The notes under the pieces were generated by a model, which saw nothing but the letters and a program-made list of their open reading frames with translations, made no database searches and was not told the DNA's origin. Both the position numbers and the translations under genes were made by a program. A stretch of 11,330 nt of DNA from a virus (Duplodnaviria > Heunggongvirae > Uroviricota > Caudoviricetes): IMG/VR virus record IMGVR_UViG_2548876932_000004. One strand, 5' to 3'. Positions within the stretch are counted from its first letter, which is position 1. Every line of letters starts with the position of its first letter. Below, one piece after another: positions 1-7,725 of this stretch.

Positions 1-54
1 CTGGCAGCCTGAGTTCACAGATAAAACACTCTCCAGGATTCCCGGGGCGGTTCA
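1..54 (+). mobile_element. Right terminus of an IS629-like (IS3 family) insertion sequence; element body lies upstream of the window
   Basis: Positions 29..54 read ...CTCTCCAGGATTCCCGGGGCGGTTCA, whose reverse complement TGAACCGCCCCGGGAATCCTGGAGAG matches the terminal inverted repeat I recall for IS629/IS1203 (TG...CA ends typical of IS3 family). Positions 1..12 (CTG GCA GCC TGA) fit the end of a transposase orfB (...L A A stop). Identification is from memory, not a search. Confidence 0.75.
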
Positions 55-258
55 GTCAGACGGGAGTTTGCCATCTGGGCAAAAGCGGTCGTGCAGGTGC
101 TGGAGACATTACCGGATATTCTGGAACGTGACTGCGGCCTGCAGCCTGCCGCTGTGAGCCGTGTTCAGTCCATTATTGATGATCTGCGCGATCAGATAGC
201 CCTGCGGGTGACCGAAGCAGGTGCGGATGATGAGGAGGAATTACAGCAGGAGGAGTAA
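55..258 (+). pseudogene. 3' fragment of terminase small subunit gene, 5' part removed by the IS insertion
   Basis: Open frame with no stops from 55 to TAA at 256..258 (67 codons, acidic C-terminus ...EAGADDEEELQQEE), with no start codon of its own after the IS boundary. Its stop overlaps the large terminase ATG (TAATG), the usual small/large terminase coupling arrangement. Confidence 0.6.
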
Positions 259-2360
259 TGCTGAATCAGGAAACCGCAAAGGCAGCACGAACCGATTCAG
301 GTTATATCCTTCGCGCACCGAGACGAATGCGGGTTGCTGATGCCGTTGCTCAGTATATGCGGGTGCCCATGGGGGCCGGGAACTCAGTCCCGTGGGATCC
401 GCTGGTGGCACCGTATGTTATTGAGCCGATGAACTGCCTGGCCTCGCGTGAATACGACGCAGTGATATTTGTTGGCCCGGCACGAACTGGCAAGACTATC
501 GGCCTGATTGACGGCTGGGTGATTTACAACGTGATTTGCGATCCTGCTGATATGCTGATCATTCAGATGACGGAGGAAAAAGCCCGCGAACACTCCAAAA
601 AACGACTTGCCAGAACGTTTCGCGTCAGCCCGGAAGTGGTCAGTCGCCTGAGTCCGAACAAAAATGACAACAACGTTTATGACAGAACATTCCTTGCTGG
701 CAACTACCTGAAAATCGGCTGGCCGTCAGTCAATATCATGTCCTCATCAGATTATAAATGCGTGGCGCTGACGGATTATGACCGTTTTCCGGAAGATATT
801 GATGGCGAGGGGGATGCCTTCTCTCTTGCCTCAAAACGTACCACCACATTTATGTCCAGTGGTATGACGCTGGTGGAGAGTTCCCCCGGCAGGGATGTGA
901 AGGATGTGAAATGGCGACGGACTTCACCGCATGAGGCTCCACCAACCACGGGGATACTGTCGCTCTATAACCGTGGCGATCGCCGTCGCTGGTACTGGCC
1001 CTGTCCACACTGTGGTGAGTATTTTCAGCCCTGCGGCGATGTGGTTGCTGGTTTCCGTGATATTGCCGATCCCGTGCTGGCAAGTGAGGCGGCTTATATT
1101 CAGTGTCCTTCCTGTTCAGGACGGATTATGCCTGAACAAAAACGTGAGCTGAACGGACGTGGGGTCTGGTTGCGGGATGGTGAATCCATCAATGCGGATG
1201 GCAGTCGTTATGGTGATCCCCGACGCTCACGTATTGCGTCATTCTGGATGGAGGGTCCGGCAGCTGCTTACCAGACACTCTCGCAACTCGTTTACAAACT
1301 GCTTGCTGCAGAACAGGAATACGAGACAACCGGAAGTGAAGAAACACTCAAGACGGTTATCAATACCGACTGGGGATTACCTTATCTTCCCCGTGCCAGC
1401 ATGGAGCAACGAAAAAGTGAACTGCTTGAGCAGCGGGCAGAGCCAGTTCCTTCCCGCAGTGTGCCGGATGGCGTTAATTTCCTGGTGGCGACAGTTGATG
1501 TGCAGGCGGGACGTCATCGCCGTTTTGTGGTTCAGGTAACGGGCTATGGCAGCCGTGGCGAACGCTGGATTATTGATCGTTACAACATCACGCAGTCATT
1601 GCGCGGTGACAGCGACGGGGAGAGCCAGCGAATTGATCCGGCCAGCTATCCGGAAGACTGGGATGTCCTGCTGACGGATGTTTTTCATAAAAGCTGGCCG
1701 CTGGCCTCCGATCCTTCTCAACAAATGCGACTGATGGCAATGGCGGTGGACTCCGGCGGTGAAGACGGAGTCACTGATAATGCCTATAAATTCTGGCGTC
1801 GTTGCCGTCGTGATGGCCTTGGTAAACGTATTTACCTGTTTAAGGGCGACAGCATCCGGCGCGCAAAACTGATCACCCGTACATTCCCTGATAACACCGG
1901 ACGAACGGGCCGACGGGCGCAGGCCGCAGGTGATGTACCGCTCTGGCTTCTTCAGACGGATGCCCTGAAAGACCGGGTGAATAACGCGTTATGGCGTGAC
2001 TCGCCAGGTCCCGGCTATGTGCATTTCCCTGACTGGCTGGGGAGCTGGTTTTACGACGAACTGACGTATGAAGAGCGGAGCAGTGACGGGAAATGGAGTA
2101 AGCCGGGTCGCGGTGCCAACGAAGCTTTTGACCTGATGGTGTATGCCGAGGCTCCGGTCATTCTGCATGGATACGAAAAGATCCGCTGGCCGGATGCACC
2201 GGAGTGGGCGAGCCGGGAAACCTGGCTGGAGTGTGTCCCGGACAGTACCGAACCGTCACCCACACCGGAACCGGTATCCACGCCTGTTAAAAAACAAAAA
2301 CGGAAGAAAACAGTAACTGACGATGTTAACCCCTGGCTGACTTCCGGAGGATGGTTATGA
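258..2360 (+). CDS. A: Terminase large subunit, lambda gpA family
   Basis: 700 aa ORF. Walker A P-loop VGPARTGKT near the N-terminus. CPHCGEYF...CPSC motif resembles the lambda gpA ACPHCGEE...CEHNAC region. FDLMVYAEA resembles gpA ALDCFVYALAA. Sits directly upstream of W-like and portal genes. Confidence 0.93.
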   Translation: MLNQETAKAARTDSGYILRAPRRMRVADAVAQYMRVPMGAGNSVPWDPLVAPYVIEPMNCLASREYDAVIFVGPARTGKTIGLIDGWVIYNVICDPADMLIIQMTEEKAREHSKKRLARTFRVSPEVVSRLSPNKNDNNVYDRTFLAGNYLKIGWPSVNIMSSSDYKCVALTDYDRFPEDIDGEGDAFSLASKRTTTFMSSGMTLVESSPGRDVKDVKWRRTSPHEAPPTTGILSLYNRGDRRRWYWPCPHCGEYFQPCGDVVAGFRDIADPVLASEAAYIQCPSCSGRIMPEQKRELNGRGVWLRDGESINADGSRYGDPRRSRIASFWMEGPAAAYQTLSQLVYKLLAAEQEYETTGSEETLKTVINTDWGLPYLPRASMEQRKSELLEQRAEPVPSRSVPDGVNFLVATVDVQAGRHRRFVVQVTGYGSRGERWIIDRYNITQSLRGDSDGESQRIDPASYPEDWDVLLTDVFHKSWPLASDPSQQMRLMAMAVDSGGEDGVTDNAYKFWRRCRRDGLGKRIYLFKGDSIRRAKLITRTFPDNTGRTGRRAQAAGDVPLWLLQTDALKDRVNNALWRDSPGPGYVHFPDWLGSWFYDELTYEERSSDGKWSKPGRGANEAFDLMVYAEAPVILHGYEKIRWPDAPEWASRETWLECVPDSTEPSPTPEPVSTPVKKQKRKKTVTDDVNPWLTSGGWL

Positions 2361-2569
2361 ACCAGAATGATATCGAAGCCATGATTCAGCGTTATACGGA
2401 AGCTGAAATGGCGGTGCTGGACGGAAAATCCGTCACCTTTAATGGTCAGCAGATGACCATGGAAAACTTATCTGAGATCCGGCAGGGACGGCAGGAGTGG
2501 GAGCGCCGCCTTGCGGCTCTGATTACACGACGACGGGGGCATCCCGGGTACCGGCTTGCGAGGTTCTGA
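2357..2569 (+). CDS. W: gpW-like head-tail joining / head completion protein
   Basis: About 70 aa. C-terminal ...RRRGHPGY resembles lambda gpW ...QRRRGPAGFYV. The ATG at 2357 has a GGAGG 6 nt upstream; the alternative ATG at 2351 has zero spacing. Overlaps the terminase stop (ATGA) and the portal start (TGATG at 2567..2571). Confidence 0.7.
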   Translation: MNQNDIEAMIQRYTEAEMAVLDGKSVTFNGQQMTMENLSEIRQGRQEWERRLAALITRRRGHPGYRLARF

Positions 2570-4077
2570 TGGCAATTCTTGATGATGTGATTGGCGTTTT
2601 TTCACCAGGATGGAAAGCGGCAAGGCTGCGTTCCCGTGCGGTGATCCAGGCTTATGAGGCCGTAAAAACGACGCGGACACACAAAGCCCGGCGGGAAAAC
2701 CGAACTGCCGACCAGTTAAGCCAGTACGGGGCCGTGTCGTTACGTGAGCAGGCCCGTTACCTTGATAACAACCACGATCTGGTCATTGGTGTATTTGACA
2801 AGCTGGAAGAACGGGTGGTGGGGAAAAACGGGATTATTGTCGAGCCACATCCGGTATTACGCAATGGGGCCATTGCCCGTGATCTGGCAGCGGAGATACG
2901 CACCCGATGGAGTGAATGGTCTGTCAGTCCGGAAGTCACCGGGCAGTTTACCCGTCCGATGCTGGAACGTCTGATGTTGCGTACCTGGCTGCGCGATGGT
3001 GAGGTGTTTGCCCAGATGGTTTCCGGGCGCATAAACAGCCTGACGCCTTCTGCCGGTGTTCATTTCTGGCTGGAGGCGCTCGAGCCGGACTTTATTCCCA
3101 TGACCAGTGATGAGAGCAACAGGCTGAATCAGGGCGTGTTTGTTGATGACTGGGGGCGTCCCGAAAAATATCTGGTGTATAAAAGCCGTCCCGTATCCGG
3201 ACGGCAGATGGAAACCAAAGAAGTGGATGCAGAGCGAATGCTGCATCTTAAATTTGTTCGCCGTCTGCACCAGATGCGCGGGACGTCTTTGTTGTCCGGT
3301 GTGCTGATCCGCCTCAGTGCCCTGAAAGAGTATGAAGATTCTGAGCTGACTGCAGCAAGGATCGCCGCTGCTCTGGGGATGTACATCCGGAAAGGCGACG
3401 GGCAGAGCTATGAACCGGATGGTAATGGCAGCAAGGATAAGGAACGCGAGCTTACCATTCAGCCAGGCATTATTTACGACGATCTGAAACCCGGCGAAGA
3501 AATCGGAATGGTGAAGTCGGATCGCCCCAATCCTAATCTTGAAACTTTTCGTAATGGTCAGTTGCGTGCCGTGGCGGCGGGCAGTCGTCTGAGTTTTTCC
3601 AGTACAGCGCGCAACTATAACGGCACTTACAGCGCCCAGCGTCAGGAGCTGGTTGAATCCACTGATGGCTACCTGATCCTGCAGGACTGGTTTATTGGTG
3701 CCGTCACCCGCCCGATGTATCGTGCCTGGCTGAAACAGGCTGTGGCATCCGGTGTTATCAGGCTACCCCGCGATCTTGATCGTTCTTCACTGTATACCGC
3801 GGTGTATTCCGGACCGGTGATGCCGTGGATTGACCCTGTTAAGGAGGCTGAGGCCTGGAAAATTCAGATTCGTGGTGGAGCGGCGACAGAATCAGACTGG
3901 GTACGTGCAGGTGGTCGTAATCCGGATGATGTCAAACGTCGGCGCAAGGCCGAAATTGATGAAAACCGCAAGCTGGATCTGGTATTTGATACCGATCCGG
4001 CCAGTGATAAAGGAGGCAGCAGTGCCGCAACGAAACGACAGGAGCCGCAGCACACCGACGACCAGTCCGAAGAATAA
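2569..4077 (+). CDS. Portal protein
   Basis: About 502 aa from the ATG at 2569 (MAILDDVIGVF...), overlapping the W-like stop. Size and position between terminase/W and the head protease are canonical. The track ORF begins at a GTG at 2497 inside the W-like gene, which I consider a less likely start. Confidence 0.88.
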   Translation: MAILDDVIGVFSPGWKAARLRSRAVIQAYEAVKTTRTHKARRENRTADQLSQYGAVSLREQARYLDNNHDLVIGVFDKLEERVVGKNGIIVEPHPVLRNGAIARDLAAEIRTRWSEWSVSPEVTGQFTRPMLERLMLRTWLRDGEVFAQMVSGRINSLTPSAGVHFWLEALEPDFIPMTSDESNRLNQGVFVDDWGRPEKYLVYKSRPVSGRQMETKEVDAERMLHLKFVRRLHQMRGTSLLSGVLIRLSALKEYEDSELTAARIAAALGMYIRKGDGQSYEPDGNGSKDKERELTIQPGIIYDDLKPGEEIGMVKSDRPNPNLETFRNGQLRAVAAGSRLSFSSTARNYNGTYSAQRQELVESTDGYLILQDWFIGAVTRPMYRAWLKQAVASGVIRLPRDLDRSSLYTAVYSGPVMPWIDPVKEAEAWKIQIRGGAATESDWVRAGGRNPDDVKRRRKAEIDENRKLDLVFDTDPASDKGGSSAATKRQEPQHTDDQSEE

Positions 4078-4090
4078 TTCCTGGTTCAGG

Positions 4091-6049
4091 ATGCAGGCAG
4101 GTCACCAGAGTGACGCGGATATTTATATTTATGACGAGATTGGTTTCTGGGGTGTTACGGCGAAGCAGTTTATCAGTGATCTGAATGCACTGGGCGATAT
4201 CACCCACATTAATCTCCATATTAATTCACCGGGTGGCGATGTCTTTGAAGGCATCGCCATTTTTAATGCACTGAAAACACATGGTGCGTCCATTACCGTT
4301 TATGTCGACGGTGTGGCGGCGTCAATGGCGTCGGTCATTGCGATGGTGGGAAACCCGGTCATTATGCCGGAAAACTCCTTCATGATGATTCATAAACCAT
4401 TTGGCTTTACGGGCGGTGATGCGGAGGACATGCGCACCTATGCCGACCTGCTCGATAAAGTTGAGGCGGTTCTGTTACCCGCTTATGCACAGAAAACCGG
4501 GAAAACCACCGATGAAATTGCTGCCATGCTGGCGGATGAGACCTGGATGTCCGGTGCCGAATGTCTGGCACAGGGATTTGCTGATCAGGTGACACCAGCC
4601 GTTAAGGCAATGGCATGTATTCAGTCAAAACGTACAGAGGAATTTAAAAAGATGCCGGAATCCATTCGAAATATGATTACTCCGCCACGCAACAGTGCTC
4701 CACGCGTACAGGATGATGGACCTGCAGCCTCCCGGACGCCAGTGCAGGCAGCAGCACCCGTGGTGGATGAAAACAGCATCCGTGCGCAGGTCCTGGCAGA
4801 GCAAAAAGCGCGTGTAAACGGTATTAATGATCTGTTTGCCATGTTTGGTGGGCGTTATCAGTCGCTGCAGGCTCAGTGTCTTGCCGATCCTGAATGTTCG
4901 CTGGAGCAGGCCCGCGAAAAGCTGTTGAACGAGATGGGGCGCGAGTCCACGCCATCCAATAAAAATACCCCGGCTCATATTTATGCCGGTAACGGTAATT
5001 TTGTGGGGGACGGGATCCGCCAGGCGCTGATGGCGCGCGCCGGGTTTGAAAAAACCGAACGTGATAATGTCTACAACGGGATGACCCTGCGTGAATATGC
5101 CCGTATGTCACTGACTGAACGTGGTATTGGTGTTTCCAGTTATAACCCGATGCAGATGGTCGGTGCGGCGTTCACACACAGTACGTCTGACTTCGGTAAT
5201 ATTCTGCTGGATGTTGCGAACAAAGCCATTCTGCAGGGCTGGGAAGATGCCCCTGAAACCTATGAACAGTGGACGCGGAAAGGTCAGTTGTCTGATTTTA
5301 AAATTGCCCATCGTGTGGGTATGGGGGGCTTCAGTGCTCTGCGTCAGGTGCGTGAAGGGGCAGAATATAAATACGTCACCACCGGAGATAAACAGGCCAC
5401 TATTGCACTGGCGACCTATGGCGAGCTGTTCAGTATCACCCGTCAGGCCATTATCAATGATGATCTGAATATGCTGACCGATGTCCCGATGAAGCTGGGC
5501 CGTGCGGCGAAATCCACTATTGCCGATCTGGTTTATGCCATTCTGACGTCTAACCCGAAAATCTCCACAGATAATGTAAGTCTGTTCGATAAAGCGAAAC
5601 ATGCAAACGTACTGGAGAGCGCGGCAATGGACGTGGCATCGCTGGATAAAGCCCGCCAGTTGATGCGCGTTCAGAAAGAGGGTGAGCGTCATCTGAATAT
5701 TCGTCCTGCGTTCGTACTGGTACCGACGGCGATGGAGTCTGTTGCTAACCAGGTCATTCGCTCCTCAAGTGTCAAGGGGGCTGACATTAACGCCGGTATT
5801 ATTAACCCGGTGAAAGATTTTGCGACCGTTATTGCAGAGCCTCGTCTTGATGATAACAGCCAGACCACCTTCTACCTGGCTGCGTCCAAAGGCTCCGATA
5901 CGATTGAAGTGGCTTATCTCAACGGTGTGGATACGCCATATATTGATCAGATGGAGGGCTTCAGTGTGGATGGCGTGACAACGAAAGTACGTATTGACGC
6001 TGGTGTTGCGCCAGTTGATCACCGCGGCCTAGTGAAATGTACGGCGTAA
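4091..6049 (+). CDS. Head maturation protease (ClpP-like, S14) - scaffold-like linker - major capsid protein (HK97 fold) encoded as one continuous ORF
   Basis: 652 codons with no internal stop. The N-terminal ~190 aa has a ClpP-like layout (IYIYDEIG..., INSPGGDVFEGIAIFNAL, candidate catalytic Ser in GVAASMASV, His in MMIHKP). The middle ~120 aa is Pro/Ala-rich then helical (ENSIRAQVLAEQKARVNGINDLF...). The C-terminal ~340 aa has the length and character of an HK97-type major capsid protein. Start is placed at ATG 4091, 13 nt after the portal stop; the track ORF start at 3830 is a TTG whose upstream extension overlaps the portal and looks non-protein-like. Confidence 0.88.
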   Translation: MQAGHQSDADIYIYDEIGFWGVTAKQFISDLNALGDITHINLHINSPGGDVFEGIAIFNALKTHGASITVYVDGVAASMASVIAMVGNPVIMPENSFMMIHKPFGFTGGDAEDMRTYADLLDKVEAVLLPAYAQKTGKTTDEIAAMLADETWMSGAECLAQGFADQVTPAVKAMACIQSKRTEEFKKMPESIRNMITPPRNSAPRVQDDGPAASRTPVQAAAPVVDENSIRAQVLAEQKARVNGINDLFAMFGGRYQSLQAQCLADPECSLEQAREKLLNEMGRESTPSNKNTPAHIYAGNGNFVGDGIRQALMARAGFEKTERDNVYNGMTLREYARMSLTERGIGVSSYNPMQMVGAAFTHSTSDFGNILLDVANKAILQGWEDAPETYEQWTRKGQLSDFKIAHRVGMGGFSALRQVREGAEYKYVTTGDKQATIALATYGELFSITRQAIINDDLNMLTDVPMKLGRAAKSTIADLVYAILTSNPKISTDNVSLFDKAKHANVLESAAMDVASLDKARQLMRVQKEGERHLNIRPAFVLVPTAMESVANQVIRSSSVKGADINAGIINPVKDFATVIAEPRLDDNSQTTFYLAASKGSDTIEVAYLNGVDTPYIDQMEGFSVDGVTTKVRIDAGVAPVDHRGLVKCTA

Positions 6050-6072
6050 ACGTCGCAGACAACAACTCTGAT

Positions 6073-6092
6073 GGCCCGTAAGGGCTTTTTTT
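6073..6092 (+). terminator. Putative rho-independent terminator after the capsid gene
   Basis: GCCC-GTAA-GGGC (short GC stem with a GNRA-type tetraloop) at 6074..6085, followed by 7 T at 6086..6092, 24 nt after the capsid stop codon. Confidence 0.55.
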
Positions 6093-6135
6093 GTACCTGA
6101 AATCAGCCCCTGAACGGGGCTGTGCGGAGACAGTT

Positions 6136-6459
6136 ATGGCAAAGAATTTTGTAGAAGAAGGAAAAACGGTGGCGATTGTTGCCAGTGCAGCCATCAGCAG
6201 CGGAGATCTGGTGCAGGTGGGTGATGTTTTTGCGGTGGCGCTGACCGATATTCCACAGGGAGAAACAGGCGACGGCATAACCGAAGGTGTGTTTATGCTG
6301 CCTAAGCTGAAAACGGATGACATGAAAACGGGTAAGAAGGTTTATATGAAGTCAGGAAAAGTTCAGCTGACTAACAGCGGCTCTGATCCGCTGGTCGGGG
6401 TTGTCTGGGCAGATGCCGGAACCAGTGCAGAAGAAGTGCCGGTAAAACTCAATGTCTGA
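6136..6459 (+). CDS. Small conserved phage head-region protein of unknown function (possibly DUF2190-like)
   Basis: 107 aa from ATG 6136 with GGAGA 5 nt upstream (the track ORF starts at an upstream TTG). Gly/Val-rich, beta-like composition. Sits immediately after the capsid gene. No similarity to lambda gpD or gpFI that I can see. Confidence 0.7.
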   Translation: MAKNFVEEGKTVAIVASAAISSGDLVQVGDVFAVALTDIPQGETGDGITEGVFMLPKLKTDDMKTGKKVYMKSGKVQLTNSGSDPLVGVVWADAGTSAEEVPVKLNV

Positions 6460-6727
6460 TCCCTTTTCCCGGCTGGCAGCGCGTATGGATGCGATCACGG
6501 TCAGAAAGATGGGAAAGACAGCCTCGATTAATGATGTCGATATGACTGTGATCCCGGGAGAAACACTGGCAGAGCTGAATGCTCTGTCCGGACCTGCGGT
6601 CTCTCTGGTGGTGTTTTCTTCGGGATACCGCCCACGGCGCGGGGATCGCGTTGTTTATGACGGACAACAATGGACGGTCACACGGCATGAACGCTTTAAC
6701 GGTAAGCCAATGATCTTTATTGAGTAA
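6452..6727 (+). CDS. Head-tail joining / head completion protein, gpFII-like
   Basis: 91 aa. Overlaps the upstream gene by 8 nt. The motif pattern ...RKMGKTASI...SLVVF...RRGD...W.V.R resembles lambda gpFII (...RGYMGTSATI...SLFV...RRGD...FWVDR). Confidence 0.7.
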   Translation: MSDPFSRLAARMDAITVRKMGKTASINDVDMTVIPGETLAELNALSGPAVSLVVFSSGYRPRRGDRVVYDGQQWTVTRHERFNGKPMIFIE

Positions 6728-6738
6728 AGAGGTGTGGG

Positions 6739-7317
6739 ATGAAGGGGCTTGAGAATGCCATCCGCAATCTGAACAGCCTTGATACCCGTATGGTGCCACA
6801 GGCCAGCGCATGGGCGATAAACCGTGTGGCACAGAAAGCGGTCTCGGTTGCCACCCGGCAGGTTGCCGGGAATACCGTTGCGGGAGATAACCAGGTGAAA
6901 GGGATCCCCCTGAAACTGGTACGTCAGCGTGTCCGGGTGTTTAAAGCCAGTCCGTCAGGAAAAATGACGGCCAGGATCCGCGTTAACCGAGGCAATCTGC
7001 CCGCCATTAAGCTGGGGACAGCCCGGGTCAGACTGGCCCGGCGTGGTGGAAAACTGCAGTACCGTGGCAGTGTGCTGAAGGTGGGTAAATATCTTTTCCG
7101 GGATGCGTTTATTCAGCAACTGGCGAATGGTCGCTGGCATGTGATGCGACGTATTGATGGCAAAAATCGTTACCCCATTGATGTGGTGAAAATCCCGCTG
7201 TCCGGACCGCTGACACAGGCATTTGAAGATGCCCGCGACCACATCATTGCTGCGGAAATGCCGAAACAGCTGGGGTATGCACTGAAACAACAACTGAGGT
7301 TATGGCTGACCCGATGA
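6739..7317 (+). CDS. Tail completion protein, lambda gpZ-like (by position and size)
   Basis: 192 aa, the same length as lambda gpZ. Good RBS AAAGAGG 6 nt upstream of the ATG. Located directly before the U homolog. Confidence 0.75.
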   Translation: MKGLENAIRNLNSLDTRMVPQASAWAINRVAQKAVSVATRQVAGNTVAGDNQVKGIPLKLVRQRVRVFKASPSGKMTARIRVNRGNLPAIKLGTARVRLARRGGKLQYRGSVLKVGKYLFRDAFIQQLANGRWHVMRRIDGKNRYPIDVVKIPLSGPLTQAFEDARDHIIAAEMPKQLGYALKQQLRLWLTR

Positions 7318-7715
7318 ACCGACATACACAAATCCGCCAGGCCGTACTGGCACGCCTTCGGGAACAGTGTGGAGACAGCGCCACGTTTTTTGACGGGCTT
7401 CCGGCATTTATTGATGCGCAGGAACTGCCTGCCGTGGCGGTGTGGCTGAGTGATGCTCAGTACACCGGAAAAATGACGGATGAAGATGACTGGCAGGCTG
7501 TTCTGCATATTGCCGTCTTCATCCGGGCACAGGCACCGGATTCAGAGCTGGATATGTGGATGGAGAGCACCATTTTCCCTGCCCTGAATGATGTACCGGC
7601 ACTTTCCGGACTCATCGACATCCTGATCCCACTCGGTTTTAACTATCAACGTGATAATGAGATGGCCACCTGGGCGATGGCGGAAATCACGTACCAGATC
7701 ACGTACACGAATTAA
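7314..7715 (+). CDS. U: Tail terminator protein, lambda gpU homolog
   Basis: Clear similarity to lambda gpU as I recall it: ATFFDG.PA..D....PAVAV.L....YTG...D.D.WQA.LHI.VF..AQ.PDSELD.WMES.I.P...D.PALS.LI; the C-terminal ITYQITY matches gpU LTYVITY. The ATG at 7314 overlaps the Z-like stop (ATGA); the alternative ATG at 7302 would add 4 aa. Confidence 0.9.
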   Translation: MNRHTQIRQAVLARLREQCGDSATFFDGLPAFIDAQELPAVAVWLSDAQYTGKMTDEDDWQAVLHIAVFIRAQAPDSELDMWMESTIFPALNDVPALSGLIDILIPLGFNYQRDNEMATWAMAEITYQITYTN

Positions 7716-7725
7716 GGAGGTGGTA

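Noticed and set aside
2857-3270. 137 aa minus-strand ORF (and neighbouring minus-strand ORFs 2757..3032, 3129..3386) inside the portal gene
   Set aside because: Antisense to the portal CDS, with no independent support; the same applies to the other minus-strand ORFs in the track (for example 384..593, 850..1083, 6449..6832, 7170..7508, 8016..8411, 10075..10470).
3830-4090. N-terminal extension of the protease-capsid ORF back to 3830
   Set aside because: It starts at TTG, overlaps the portal C-terminus in another frame, and the translated extension is Trp/Arg-rich and not protein-like. The ATG at 4091 just after the portal stop begins a recognisable ClpP-like N-terminus.
5108-5692. 194 aa ORF on the minus strand inside the capsid-coding region
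   Set aside because: Entirely antisense to a confidently assigned, homology-supported CDS; no RBS context; the sequence is low-complexity (Cys/His/Arg-rich) and typical of a reverse-frame artifact.
6104-6122. Perfect 7 bp hairpin considered as a second terminator
   Set aside because: It has no downstream U tract and overlaps the approach to the next gene's RBS, so it is reported only as a possible structural or regulatory element, not as a terminator feature.
7651-7725. Upstream extension of the major tail protein ORF to 7651
   Set aside because: It overlaps the U homolog. A strong AAGGAGG RBS precedes the ATG at 7726, and the lambda gpV alignment begins there.
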